Source: an uncultured Gammaproteobacteria bacterium (GTDB taxonomy: Bacteria; Pseudomonadota; Gammaproteobacteria; UBA9214). From it: a DNA stretch of 64,000 nucleotides. A program made the position numbers and the translations under genes. Below are positions 43,340-57,011 of this stretch, piece after piece (within the stretch, counting starts at the first letter, position 1; each line of letters begins with the position of its first letter). Below the pieces are notes generated by a model. It had not been told where the DNA came from, did no database searches, and was given only the letters and a program-made list of their open reading frames with translations. The stretch is from positions 4,801-68,800 of the forward strand of contig CAVQCA010000140.1 in NCBI GenBank assembly GCA_963710815.1. The letters run 5' to 3'.

Positions 43340-44293
43340 ATGCAGAAGGACACGCTGGTACACGTAGAACACCTGACCCGCCACTACGGCCACATCCTGG
43401 CCGTCGATGACGTGAGCTTCGATCTGGCCAAGGGCGATGTGCTGGGGTTTCTCGGACCCAACGGGGCGGGCAAGACCACCACCATGCAGGTCATCACCGG
43501 CAACCTCGCGCCCGGCGCCGGGCGGATCACGGTACACGGCATCGACTTGCTCGATGAACCCAGGCGCGCCAAGCGCGAGATCGGCTATCTGCCCGAGCAG
43601 CCGCCGCTCTACCGTGAACTAACCGTGGATGAATACCTTCTCTACTGCGCCAGGTTGCACCGCATCCCCCGCGAACGCGTCCGCAAAGCCATCAATACCG
43701 CCAAGGAGCGCTGCGGCCTGAACGAGGTCAGCCAGCGCCTGATCGGCAACCTCTCCAAGGGTTACCAGCAGCGCGTCGGCATCGCCCAGGCGATCATCCA
43801 TACACCCGCGGTGGTAATCCTAGATGAACCTACCGTCGGCCTCGACCCGATACAGATCCGCGAGATCCGCGCCCTGATACGCGAGCTGGGCAAGGAGCAC
43901 GGTATCATCCTCTCCACCCATATACTGCCCGAGGTCCAGGCCACCTGTAACCGGGTGCAGATCATCCACCAGGGGCGGCTGGTGTTCTCGGACAGCATCG
44001 CCGGTCTCGAGCAGCAGCTGAAGGCAACCAGCCTGATTGCCTCATTTCACGCTTCCCCGGACATGGAGGCACTGGCGAGGGTGCCGGGCGTCAACCGCGC
44101 GGAAGCACTCCCCGATAATCGGGCGCGCATCCATTTCACCGACACGAACCCCGCCGAAGCCTTGATAGAACAGGCGGTTGCCGGCGGCTGGCGACTGCAT
44201 GAACTCAGCGCCGAACGGCGCACACTGGAACAGATCTTCATCGACCTGACCTGTTCCGAACCGCACGCCGACCAGCCCGGGGAGGCCGCATGA
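43340..44293 (+). CDS. ABC transporter ATP-binding protein (GldA-like)
   Basis: Walker A GPNGAGKTT, signature LSKGYQQRV, Walker B ILDEPT. Confidence 0.85.
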   Translation: MQKDTLVHVEHLTRHYGHILAVDDVSFDLAKGDVLGFLGPNGAGKTTTMQVITGNLAPGAGRITVHGIDLLDEPRRAKREIGYLPEQPPLYRELTVDEYLLYCARLHRIPRERVRKAINTAKERCGLNEVSQRLIGNLSKGYQQRVGIAQAIIHTPAVVILDEPTVGLDPIQIREIRALIRELGKEHGIILSTHILPEVQATCNRVQIIHQGRLVFSDSIAGLEQQLKATSLIASFHASPDMEALARVPGVNRAEALPDNRARIHFTDTNPAEALIEQAVAGGWRLHELSAERRTLEQIFIDLTCSEPHADQPGEAA

Positions 44294-45045
44294 TGATCTT
44301 CACCATCGCCGCGCGCGAGCTGCGCGGCCTGTTCCTGTCCCCACTCGCCTGGGCGGTGCTGGCCGTGGTGCAGTTCATCCTGGCTTTCATCTTCCTGTCA
44401 CTGGTTGACAACTACCTCGCCTGGCAGCCACAACTGGCGGCCATCGAAGGCGTGGGCGGCGTCACGGACCTGATCGTCGCACCCGTGTTCGCCGACGCCG
44501 CCATTGTGCTGTTGCTGGTGGCGCCGCTGATGACCATGCGCGTGCTGAGTGAGGAACGGCGCAACCGCACCCTCAGCCTGCTGTTCTCGGCGCCGGTCTC
44601 CATGACGGAGATCGTCATCGGCAAATACCTCGGTGTGCTCGCCTTTTTTCTTATCCTGCTGGCCCTGCTGGCCCTGATGCCACTGTCCCTGCTGGCCGGC
44701 ACCGATCTCGATCTGGGCAAGCTCGCCGCCGGCCTGCTGGGTCTTGCCCTGTTGCTGGCGGCGTTTACCGCCATCGGACTGTTCATGTCGTCGCTGACCG
44801 AACAGCCGACCATCGCCGCCATCGGCACCTTCGGACTGTTGCTGCTCCTGTGGATCATCAACTGGGCCGGCAACAGCGGGAACCATGCAAGCGGCCTGTT
44901 CGCCTACCTGTCCATGCAGCGTCACTCGGAGATGTTGCGTTCGGGCCTGGTCAACAGCACCGACATAGCGTATTACCTGCTGGTCATCATCCTGTTCCTG
45001 GTCCTCAGCATCCGCCGCCTGGATGCCGACCGTCTGTCCCACTGA
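44290..45045 (+). CDS. ABC-2 type permease (GldF-like)
   Basis: 251 aa, 6 TM; overlaps upstream ATPase stop. Confidence 0.7.
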   Translation: MMIFTIAARELRGLFLSPLAWAVLAVVQFILAFIFLSLVDNYLAWQPQLAAIEGVGGVTDLIVAPVFADAAIVLLLVAPLMTMRVLSEERRNRTLSLLFSAPVSMTEIVIGKYLGVLAFFLILLALLALMPLSLLAGTDLDLGKLAAGLLGLALLLAAFTAIGLFMSSLTEQPTIAAIGTFGLLLLLWIINWAGNSGNHASGLFAYLSMQRHSEMLRSGLVNSTDIAYYLLVIILFLVLSIRRLDADRLSH

Positions 45046-45067
45046 CGCCGGGAGCCTGTCCTAGCCC

Positions 45068-46441
45068 ATGCAAATCACACCTCGTTCACGACTTGTGCTG
45101 CGCCTGCAAGGCTGGGTATTCGTCGTGCTGTTCACCGCCATCGTCGGGCTGCTTGCCTGGCTCAGCACCCTGTATGTCTACCAGGCGGACTGGACAGCCG
45201 GCGGGCGCAATACGGTCTCGGTAGACACCCGCAGGCTGCTCGCGGAAATGACCGAACCGGTCACCATCACGGCCTACGCGCGTGAAGACGAACTTCTGCG
45301 CAAGCAGATAAAGTATTTCGTCGGCAAGTATCAGCGTTTCAAGCCCGACATCACGCTGGAATTCGTCAACCCCGATACGGCGCCCGAGCGAGTACGCACC
45401 GAAGGCATCACGGTCGACGGCGAACTGCTCGTCGGCTACCAGGGCCATAGCGAACACGTCCAGACGTTGACCGAGCGAAAACTGACCAACGCCCTGCTGC
45501 GTCTTACCCGTCAGAACACACGCTGGATCGTGTTTCTGACCGGCCATGGCGAGCGTGACCCGCACGGCAAGGCCAATGCCGACCTCGGCGCCTTCGGCAA
45601 GGAGCTGGAACACAACGGCCTCAAGGTGCAAACGATCAACCTGGCCGAGAACGCCATTCCGAAAAACACCAGCCTGCTGGTCATCGCCAGTCCGCGCGTC
45701 AACCTCCTGCCGGGCGAGGTGAAACTGCTGCGCGATTACGTTACGCGGGGCGGCAACCTGCTGTGGCTGGCGGAACCCGGCAAACCGGCCGGTCTCGGGG
45801 CACTGGCCGAACAGCTCGACGTGGCGTTCCTGCCCGGCGTGGTCGTAGACGCCACCACCCAGGCGTTCGGCATCAACGACCCTTCCTTCGCCATCGTGAC
45901 CTCCTACCCCAATCATGAAGTCACGCGCGAACTGAACGCCGTCACCGTATTCCCCGAAGCCGCCGCGCTGGAGATACATGAGGACAAGCACTGGAAGGCG
46001 ACCCCGATTCTCACTACGCTCAAGCGTTCCTGGACCGAGCTCGGCGAACTGAAGGGCGAGATCCAGTTCGATGCAAACACCGACGAACGCGCCGGGCCGC
46101 TCGACATCGGCGTGGCGCTCACCTCCACCACCCCGGCCGGGGAGCCGGGGCCTTCCGGCGCGCCACCGCACGAACAGCGCATCATCGTGACGGGTGACGG
46201 CGACTTCCTGTCCAACACCTATCTCGGCAACGCCGGCAACCTCGATCTCGGCATGAACATGGTCCACTGGCTGAGCCACGATGACGCCTTCGTCGACATC
46301 CGGGTGAAAGCGGCGCCCGATACCACCCTGGAGCTGGGCCGGATCTCCCAGGCCGTCATCGGCCTCGGTGCCCTGATCGGCATGCCGCTCCTGCTGATGA
46401 CCGCCGGCCTGGTGATCTGGCTGCGCCGCCGGCGACGCTGA
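45068..46441 (+). CDS. GldG-like ABC-transporter auxiliary protein
   Basis: 457 aa with N- and C-terminal TM anchors and a large periplasmic domain, following the GldA/GldF-like pair. Confidence 0.6.
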   Translation: MQITPRSRLVLRLQGWVFVVLFTAIVGLLAWLSTLYVYQADWTAGGRNTVSVDTRRLLAEMTEPVTITAYAREDELLRKQIKYFVGKYQRFKPDITLEFVNPDTAPERVRTEGITVDGELLVGYQGHSEHVQTLTERKLTNALLRLTRQNTRWIVFLTGHGERDPHGKANADLGAFGKELEHNGLKVQTINLAENAIPKNTSLLVIASPRVNLLPGEVKLLRDYVTRGGNLLWLAEPGKPAGLGALAEQLDVAFLPGVVVDATTQAFGINDPSFAIVTSYPNHEVTRELNAVTVFPEAAALEIHEDKHWKATPILTTLKRSWTELGELKGEIQFDANTDERAGPLDIGVALTSTTPAGEPGPSGAPPHEQRIIVTGDGDFLSNTYLGNAGNLDLGMNMVHWLSHDDAFVDIRVKAAPDTTLELGRISQAVIGLGALIGMPLLLMTAGLVIWLRRRRR

Positions 46442-47379
46442 TGTCGACACGCACCCTGCTCAACCTGGGATTGCTGGTCGCCGCCGTCACGCTGGCGCTG
46501 GTGGCCTGGTTCAAACCCGGCGTGAAACCCGTGGATGCGCCCCGACCGATCATCACCCGGCTCACACCGGAACAGGTGAAGAGCATCGTCGTGGAGCGAA
46601 TCAGCCACGACCCGCTCAAGTTCGGCAAACGTAACGGCCGCTGGTTCCTGACGGCCGAAGACAGGGAACTGCCCGCCGCGGACTTCCAGGTGCGGGCCCT
46701 GCTGCGCCTGCTGCAGGCTACGGCATCACGTCACTATCCGGCCGGATCCCTCGACCTCGCCTCACTGGGACTGCAGCCGCCGCAGGTGCATTTGACCATG
46801 GATGAGGTCGACATCAGCCTCGGCAACACGGAATCGCTGGACCAGCAGCGTTACGTCCAGGTCGACGACACCGTGTATCTGCTCGACGACCAGTATCAGC
46901 ACCTGGTCAACGCCGACTGGCCGAGCTTCGTCAGTCGCCGGCTGCTGGAGGGGCGCGGCGCCATCACCCGGATAGCGTTGCCGGGCATGACCCTGGCCAA
47001 CGGCGACGATGGCCACTGGCGGCTCACCCCTCTGCAGGAAGGGCTCAGCGCCGACGCGTTGCAGACCTTCGTCGAGAACTGGCAGAACGCCACCGCCCTG
47101 CTGGCGCGCCGCTACGAGGGCGGCGCGGCCGGTGCGACGGTCACCGTGCAAACCCGCGACAGTGATCAGCCGCTGATACTGCGCATCGTCTCGCGCAAAC
47201 CGGACCTCGTCCTCGCCCGCCCCGACTGGGGTATCCAGTACCAGATGCCCCTCTCGGAGGAAGACAGCCTGTTTACCCTGCCGAAAGTGGCCCCCGGGCC
47301 CGCCGCGGAAACCCCCGCCGCTCCGACGACATCCGCTACACAACCGCAGGCTGAATCGTCCCCCGCACAGCACCCGTAA
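46441..47379 (+). CDS. DUF4340-like protein (GldG-associated)
   Basis: 312 aa, N-terminal TM, start overlaps the upstream stop (ATGA); Pro/Ala/Thr-rich C-terminal tail. Confidence 0.5.
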   Translation: MSTRTLLNLGLLVAAVTLALVAWFKPGVKPVDAPRPIITRLTPEQVKSIVVERISHDPLKFGKRNGRWFLTAEDRELPAADFQVRALLRLLQATASRHYPAGSLDLASLGLQPPQVHLTMDEVDISLGNTESLDQQRYVQVDDTVYLLDDQYQHLVNADWPSFVSRRLLEGRGAITRIALPGMTLANGDDGHWRLTPLQEGLSADALQTFVENWQNATALLARRYEGGAAGATVTVQTRDSDQPLILRIVSRKPDLVLARPDWGIQYQMPLSEEDSLFTLPKVAPGPAAETPAAPTTSATQPQAESSPAQHP

Positions 47380-47584
47380 ACAGTGCAACCCTGCGCACTT
47401 GTCCGAACCGACCATGGTCACGACGCCGGAAGCCGGGTCGCGCCTGTCGCGACCATCGACCTGAGGGACGTGGCCGGCGAGCGTACCGGGATGAATTCAC
47501 AGCGTGTCACGGCAGGCACGACCCGTGCATCGGCCCGTTACGGGCTGGAAGCAACATTCGCGGCTTCCCCTGTATCATGATCCA

Positions 47585-48400
47585 ATGCCTGAACTGCCGG
47601 AAGTCGAAACCACCCGCCGCGGCATCGCCCCGCACATCACCGGTCTGACCGTGGCGCGCCTCCTGGTGCGTGAACCGCGGCTGCGCTGGCCTGTGTCGCG
47701 CGAACTGATCGAGGGGCTTCCGGGCCGGACTATCGAGGCCGTCGGTCGCCGCGGCAAGTACCTGCTGCTGGAAACCGCCGCCGGCACCGTTCTCGTACAC
47801 CTCGGCATGTCCGGGAGCCTGCGTATTATCGAGGCCGTCACCCCGCCCGCACCGCACGACCATGTCGATGTCGTCTTCACCGACGGGCGCGCCCTGCGCC
47901 TGCGGGACCCGCGGCGTTTCGGCAGCCTGCTGTGGACCACACGAGCGCCCGAAGAGCACCCGCTGCTGCGCGATCTCGGTCCGGAACCGCTGGACGGGGA
48001 TTTCAGCGGCAATTATCTGTTCGGTGTCTCACGCGGGCGGCGGGTTGCGGTGAAGCACTTCCTCATGAACAGCCACGTCGTGGCCGGTATCGGCAACATC
48101 TACGCCAGCGAGGCGCTGTTTCTCGCCGGCGTTCATCCCCAGCGCGCCGCCGGGCGCATCGGACGCGAGCGCTATGACAGGCTTGCCGCCGCTATCCAGC
48201 GGGTGCTCACCGATTCCATTACCGCCGGCGGCACCACGCTGCGCGACTTCACCAACAGCGTCGGCGAACCGGGTTACTTCGGCATTCACCTGCACGTTTA
48301 CGGGCGCGGCGGAAAACCCTGCCCCCATTGCCGGCAACCCGTCCGCGAAATTCGCCAGGGCCAGCGTTCGACGTTCTATTGCGCGGCATGCCAAAGATAA
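47585..48400 (+). CDS. mutM: Formamidopyrimidine-DNA glycosylase
   Basis: Start MPELPEVETTRRG (catalytic N-terminal Pro) and C-terminal zinc finger CPHCRQPV...CAACQ. The track ORF from 47504 is an extension. Confidence 0.9.
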   Translation: MPELPEVETTRRGIAPHITGLTVARLLVREPRLRWPVSRELIEGLPGRTIEAVGRRGKYLLLETAAGTVLVHLGMSGSLRIIEAVTPPAPHDHVDVVFTDGRALRLRDPRRFGSLLWTTRAPEEHPLLRDLGPEPLDGDFSGNYLFGVSRGRRVAVKHFLMNSHVVAGIGNIYASEALFLAGVHPQRAAGRIGRERYDRLAAAIQRVLTDSITAGGTTLRDFTNSVGEPGYFGIHLHVYGRGGKPCPHCRQPVREIRQGQRSTFYCAACQR

Positions 48401-48503
48401 TCTGGCTGTACACTCTTCGGAAAGCGACTCCGCGAGCACGATTCTATCTGGAGCAGAGCGAGAGCCTGCCAGGAGGAATGGCTCTTACTTAAGTACAAAT
48501 CGT

Positions 48504-48590
48504 GATAAATAGCCATGGAATCCACGGAAAACACAGAAATTATCTGTGAATATTCCATGTTTTTCCGTGTGCTTCCGTGGCCATTTATTT
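48504..48590. repeat. Imperfect palindromic intergenic repeat, copy B
   Basis: gataaatagccatggaatccacggaaaacacag...ctgtgaatattccatgtttttccgtgtgcttccgtggccatttat; ~36-bp arms. The right arm's reverse complement closely matches copy A at 28598-28640. Confidence 0.45.
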
Positions 48591-48884
48591 TTTTATGAGG
48601 AAATCAAACCGCGTCCCTGAGCGAGTTCCCCCCGGGACTGACGGCAATCACCACCCGATCATGAAAGACGTGCCGGGCCGGACGACGCCCCCCGCAAACT
48701 CCGGTCATATCGTGATTCCCCTTGCATAGCGACGCGTCACAAGGGCGGCTCCGGCTGACTTCTGACCCGATAAACGCGCCTCCCGCCTGCCTCAGCCACG
48801 AGGAGTTGATTTGAATCAAAAAACTTATATATCAGATTATGATAATATTACCAACGTCAGAATTTCAACCCGGGAGGCAGGCAG

Positions 48885-49202
48885 ATGACAAACGAGGGCA
48901 AGCTCAGCAAGCTACTGAAAACCGCAAGGGACCAGCAGGAAGTCGAGGACTGGATACTCTCACTGACGCCCCTGGGGGTGGCATTCGTTTTCTTCTTCAT
49001 CTTCCTGTTACCCATGGACATTCCTCGCAAGGATGTTGTCCTTGTTGTCGGCACCGCGGCGGGCTTTACCGGCCTGCAAAGCTACTGGATCTTCCGGGGC
49101 TGGCGTAAAAATCACGCCCTCACCATCCTGCTGGGACTGCTCGGCATCGCCCTCGCGCTCGCGCTGGTATGGCTGTATCTGTCTCTGGGTGTGCAGCCCT
49201 GA
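48885..49202 (+). CDS. Small two-TM membrane protein
   Basis: 105 aa; AT-rich promoter-like region and GGGAGG RBS upstream; two hydrophobic helices. Confidence 0.45.
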   Translation: MTNEGKLSKLLKTARDQQEVEDWILSLTPLGVAFVFFFIFLLPMDIPRKDVVLVVGTAAGFTGLQSYWIFRGWRKNHALTILLGLLGIALALALVWLYLSLGVQP

Positions 49203-49355
49203 CGGTCCCGCTATCACGCGCTATCGCTGCCGCCGTCATTAAACCTGTGTAATGCATTGTCCTGCCCGGTAGACGTACCGTGGCGGCGGCAGGCCCTTTC
49301 AATGGCCGGGCATTCAGGCTAGGCTGATCCATCCGCGCCCGTCTTTCAATTCGTC

Positions 49356-50021
49356 ATGGACATACCAGCCGGCCTGCTGCCCCAGAACGTTCTGTGGTCC
49401 GCGTGGGTCCTCTACAGCCTCCTGCTGATCAGCGCCCTGCTGACCGCGCCCTGGTCGAAGCTCTCAGACAACGAGGCCTCGCATGTCTATTTCGGGGCGG
49501 TGGCCGTCGCGTGTGTATTGTGGACACTGCGTGCCGGCATCGCGCCAGGGTATAACTATCACCTTCTCGGAGTGACTTCACTGTGCCTGATGTTCGACTG
49601 GCAGTTCGCCCTGCTGGCGGCGAGCCTGGTCCTGCTGGTTACGACCTGGAAGGGTCCGGCCGGCGGGGAGGCGTTTGCCCTGAATGCCCTGATGATGGGC
49701 GCCCTGCCGGTGCTGTCCACCCGTGTCCTGTTGTATGCAAGCCAGCGCCGTTTGACGCATAATTTCTTTGTCTACATCTTCGTGAATGCCTTTTTCGCCG
49801 GAGCGCTGGGTATACTGCTGTGCGGTCTTGCCGCCTCAGCCGTACATGCCCTGGCGGAGGGAGATACCGTGAACCAGACCCGGGAGGACTATCTGCTGTT
49901 CATCCCGCTGCTGATGTTCGGAGAGGCCTTTCTCAACGGCATGGCCATGACACTGCTGGTGGCTTACCGGCCACGGTGGGTATCAACGTTCCACGATCAC
50001 TGGTACCTTGATGGCAAATAG
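49356..50021 (+). CDS. Polytopic membrane protein (5-6 TM), unknown function
   Basis: 221 aa, hydrophobic throughout; 14-nt overlap with the next ORF suggests translational coupling. Confidence 0.5.
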   Translation: MDIPAGLLPQNVLWSAWVLYSLLLISALLTAPWSKLSDNEASHVYFGAVAVACVLWTLRAGIAPGYNYHLLGVTSLCLMFDWQFALLAASLVLLVTTWKGPAGGEAFALNALMMGALPVLSTRVLLYASQRRLTHNFFVYIFVNAFFAGALGILLCGLAASAVHALAEGDTVNQTREDYLLFIPLLMFGEAFLNGMAMTLLVAYRPRWVSTFHDHWYLDGK

Positions 50022-50814
50022 ATTGCACAGGCTTATGAAAAGATTCAATGGTTCCCAACTCTTACTGGTGGCCACCGTCATCGCGCTGGCATTGCTTGGG
50101 GGGAGGTACCTCCTGTCGCTGCGGCATTCAATGCAGCCGGCCATTGCCGGGGCGTGGAATAATATCGAGGCAGGGCGTTACGTAACCGGCCTGCTGCAAC
50201 ATTACGGGGACAACGCGGCCTTCGGTTTCGACCAGGAACCCTACAGCAGCGAACCCCTGCGTCACTACATCTACGATTATTTCCCCCTGAAATACCCCGA
50301 CGGGGAGCGCCACCTGGTGGTCGCCTATACCAAGCCCGAACCTTTCGACTGCCGGTCCTGCGCGCCGAGACTGAGCCTGGTGGAGTTCGTACCGGTGGCT
50401 GACGGCTGGAAAATCGGGGTAAGCAGCATCGGGAAGATCGCGGCGGGAAGCTGGGGCAGTCCGCCGTACAGCGTTGGCACCATGGAACTGGGACCCGGGA
50501 AATTTGGCGTCGTGATCGAAAACAGTGGCGACCAGCGGGGGGCGTGGGAATCCTCCCTCGACATCTATACGGCGTTAGACGGCGACTACCGCAAGGTAGC
50601 CACCATCGTCACCGAACGGCACGGCTATCAGTATAAAGCCCAGGGACTGGCGACCGGCTCCTGGCAGATGGGCACCCTGCCGCAAACCAGTGCAGGCTAT
50701 TACGACATCCTGGTCAAGCGAACCAACAACACTTCCGAAACGCCGGCGTCGGCCGATCCTGCGGACAACCAGCGCTACCGCTTCGACGGGGAACGCTATT
50801 CCCCCGTATCCTGA
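50008..50814 (+). CDS. Membrane-anchored hypothetical protein with periplasmic domain (CxxC pair)
   Basis: 268 aa; N-terminal TM (LLLVATVIALALLGG), FDCRSCAPR motif; no recognisable family. Confidence 0.45.
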   Translation: MMANRLHRLMKRFNGSQLLLVATVIALALLGGRYLLSLRHSMQPAIAGAWNNIEAGRYVTGLLQHYGDNAAFGFDQEPYSSEPLRHYIYDYFPLKYPDGERHLVVAYTKPEPFDCRSCAPRLSLVEFVPVADGWKIGVSSIGKIAAGSWGSPPYSVGTMELGPGKFGVVIENSGDQRGAWESSLDIYTALDGDYRKVATIVTERHGYQYKAQGLATGSWQMGTLPQTSAGYYDILVKRTNNTSETPASADPADNQRYRFDGERYSPVS

Positions 50815-51968
50815 GGCTCGACACAGAACCGGGTGATCAGTCCGCGCAGCAGCGCGGCCATGGGCTCAATGCGATCCAGCGCCAGGTACTCGTCGGGCTG
50901 GTGGGCCTGGTCGATGTCGCCGGGTCCGAGGATGATACTGTCCATGCCGAGGGCATTGAGGTAGGGGCCCTCGGTGCAAAAGGCGACCGCCTCGGCGGGA
51001 TGACCGGTGAGCTTCTCGGCCGCGCGCACGATCGCCGAATCGGCCGGGGTGTAAAGCGGGGGCGTGCCGTCGATGAGCGAGCGGCGCTCCACACGCAGGG
51101 CGCCGTCGGGTAACAGCGCGGCAAGGCGTGCATCGATAGCCTGGCGCAGCGCATCGTGGTCCATGCCTGGCAGCGTCCGCAGGTCGAAATGCAGCTCGCA
51201 ATGCGCACAGATGCGATTGGGATTATCCCCGCCATGGATGGAGCCGGGATTGAGCGTCGGCACCGGCACGGCGAAACGCGGATCAGTGTGATTTGCCTGC
51301 AATTCCCCGCGCCAGGCGAGCAGATCCCCGAGCACCTTGTGCATGCCCTCCAGCGCGCTGGCACCGAGCCGCGGATCGCTGGAATGTCCCGCGTGGCCGA
51401 AGACGTGGAGGGCCTCCATAATGATGCCCTTGTGCATGTGCACCGGACGCAGTCCGGTCGGCTCACCGATCACCGCGTAACGCGCCCGGGGCCGGCCGAG
51501 CGCCACCAGATCCTTGGCGCCGTCCATGGAGCTTTCCTCGTCGGCGGTGGCAAGCATGATCAGCGGGGCCCGCAGTGTTTCGGCCCGGCAGTGACGCGCG
51601 GCTTCGATGGCCAGGGCGAAAAAGGCCTTCATGTCGGAGGTGCCCAGCCCGTACAGCCGGTTGTCGGCCTCGGTCAACCGGAACGGGTCAAAGCGCCAGC
51701 GCCCCTCGTCGTAGGGCACCGTGTCCGTATGGCCGGCCAGCACCAGCCCCCCTGATCCGCGACCGAGGGTGGCGATCAGGTTGGTCTTGCCGGGCTGGCG
51801 GGTGAGCGGCAGGATTTCGACGGCGAACCCCAGGCCCTCCAGCCAGCCGGCCAGCAGGTCGATGACTTCCCGGTTGCTCTGGTCGAACGCGGGGCTGACG
51901 CTGCTGACCGACGGTGCGCCGACCAGTTGTTGCATCATCTCCCGCAGTGGGGGAACGGCGTGTTTCAT
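50796..51968 (-). CDS. argE: Acetylornithine deacetylase (M20 peptidase family)
   Basis: ArgE-like (..GHTDTVP..ADEE..HGGDNPN..). Start set at MKHAVPPLREMMQQL; track start 52004. Confidence 0.75.
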   Translation of the reverse strand: MKHAVPPLREMMQQLVGAPSVSSVSPAFDQSNREVIDLLAGWLEGLGFAVEILPLTRQPGKTNLIATLGRGSGGLVLAGHTDTVPYDEGRWRFDPFRLTEADNRLYGLGTSDMKAFFALAIEAARHCRAETLRAPLIMLATADEESSMDGAKDLVALGRPRARYAVIGEPTGLRPVHMHKGIIMEALHVFGHAGHSSDPRLGASALEGMHKVLGDLLAWRGELQANHTDPRFAVPVPTLNPGSIHGGDNPNRICAHCELHFDLRTLPGMDHDALRQAIDARLAALLPDGALRVERRSLIDGTPPLYTPADSAIVRAAEKLTGHPAEAVAFCTEGPYLNALGMDSIILGPGDIDQAHQPDEYLALDRIEPMAALLRGLITRFCVEPQDTGE

Positions 51969-52179
51969 ACCATCATTGTGAGCCGTTTCCGGCGCGCCCG
52001 ACAAGTGTAATTATTACGCTGTCGGCGGGCGACGACGGGATTCATGGACACGGGGGTTGCGGGCTGTACGGCCTCGCGCTGGCGGCATATCATCGCGGCT
52101 TCGGCGTGGAACGCCATGTCAGCGGGAAAGGGGCAATGTTGTTCGATTCGGTGCACCGCGCAAGGCGGAGAAAACAGGA

Positions 52180-53653
52180 ATGACCCAGCAGCTGATCGTG
52201 TCGGAAAACAGGAAAGACCTCGATTTCATGGAGATCGGCTGCCCCGTGGTGCACATGGACGACTATCTCACCGGGCAGGAGTACTTCAAGCTGAAGGGCG
52301 TGCAGGTGATCAATCTGTGCCGCAGCTATCGCTATCTCAGCGTGGGCTACTACACCTCACTGCTGGCCGAGGCGCGCCATCACCGCATCATTCCGACCGT
52401 CAAGACCATGATGGATCTCAGCAGCAAGGCGATGTACAGCCTCGAGGTCGATCAATCTCGATGAGGTGGTGCAGAAGAGCCTGCGCAAGCATCGCAAGGA
52501 CAGTATCGAGTCCTTGTTCGAAATGGATGTGTTTTTCGGGCGCTGCCGCTACCCGGGCCTGACGGATCTCGCCAGCCAGATCTTCGAGACCTTCCCCTGC
52601 CCGCTGCTGCGCGTCATGTTCCGGCGCCAGGAGAACTGGCATATGGAATCCATCAAGCCGCTCTCTGTCAACAAGCTGGACAGCTACAACCAGAAGTTCT
52701 TTATCGAGGCGTTGTCGTCCTACCTGCAACGCCGCTGGCGACTGCCGCGCACCCGCAGCCTGGCGCGCTACGATCTCGCCATCCTGCACAACCCGGACGA
52801 TGCCCTCCCGCCCTCCGACGAAAAGGCGCTCAACGCGTTCATCAAGGCCGGCAAGACCCTGGACGTCGACGTCGAACTGATCGACCGCAGCGATTACTCG
52901 CGGCTGGCGGAATACGATGCGCTGTTCATCCGCGAAACCACCCGCATCAACCACTACACCTATCGCTTCGCCAAGAAGGCCGAGAGCGAGGGCATGGTGG
53001 TGATCGACGATCCCCAGTCCATCCTGCGCTGCACCAACAAGGTCTACCTCGCCGAACTGCTGCGCGCGCATCGCGTGCCCACTCCCAGGACCGTCATCCT
53101 CGGCAAGCGCGACCTGAAGGCCGCGGAGAAGGCCATCGGCTACCCGATGGTGCTCAAGGTGCCGGACGGATCGTTCTCGCAGGGCGTGTACAAGGCGGAG
53201 AATCCCGAACAGATGCAGGAGTACACGGAGCTGCTGTTCAAAACCTCGGAACTGATCCTGGCCCAGGAGTTCCTGTACACCGAGTTCGACTGGCGCATCG
53301 GCATCCTCAATCGCGAACCGCTCTACGCCTCGCAGTATTTCATGTCACGCAAGCACTGGCAGATCGTGCACTACGGCGACGAAGGCAAGGTCGAAATGGG
53401 CGGCTGGAAAACCTGGGCGGTGGAGGACGTCCCCGGGGACGTCGTCACCATGGCGCTGAAAGCGGCAGACCCGATCGGCTACGGCTTCTATGGCGTCGAC
53501 CTCAAGCAGACGCCGAATGGCATCTACGTCATCGAGGTCAACGATAACCCCAGCATCGAGTCCCGGGTCGAGGACAAGGTCCTCAAGGACGAACTTTACC
53601 TGCGGATTATGAAGGAATTCGTGCGTCGTATCGACAAGCGCCGCATGGCGTGA
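52180..53653 (+). pseudogene. RimK-like ATP-grasp ligase family protein (~490 aa), split by a 1-nt frameshift at ~52455-52466
   Basis: N-terminal 95 aa (MTQQLIVSENRKDLDFMEIGCPVVHMDDYLTG...) end at a TGA at 52462-52464. The C-terminal 395 aa ATP-grasp portion (...GYPMVLKVPDGSFSQGVYK...) continues in the +1 frame from 52466. The junction ctcgaggtcgatcaatctcgatgaggtg reads LEVD|QSR* in one frame and NLDEVVQKSL in the other. Confidence 0.55.
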
Positions 53654-53740
53654 GCGTTACCCGCAGCGGCGACAAGCGCTTGCCGCGCGGAGTTCAGTCG
53701 TTTGGCGAGCCGGACCTGCGCCGCACCGATGCCGCGCGGG

Positions 53741-55903
<2,163 letters not shown>

Positions 55904-55929
55904 AGTTGCTATCAGGAAAGACACTAAAT

Positions 55930-57011
<1,082 letters not shown>

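Noticed and set aside
45086-46450. 454-aa minus-strand ORF antisense to the GldG-like gene
   Set aside because: Antisense and low-complexity; the plus strand is translationally coupled to neighbouring ABC genes.
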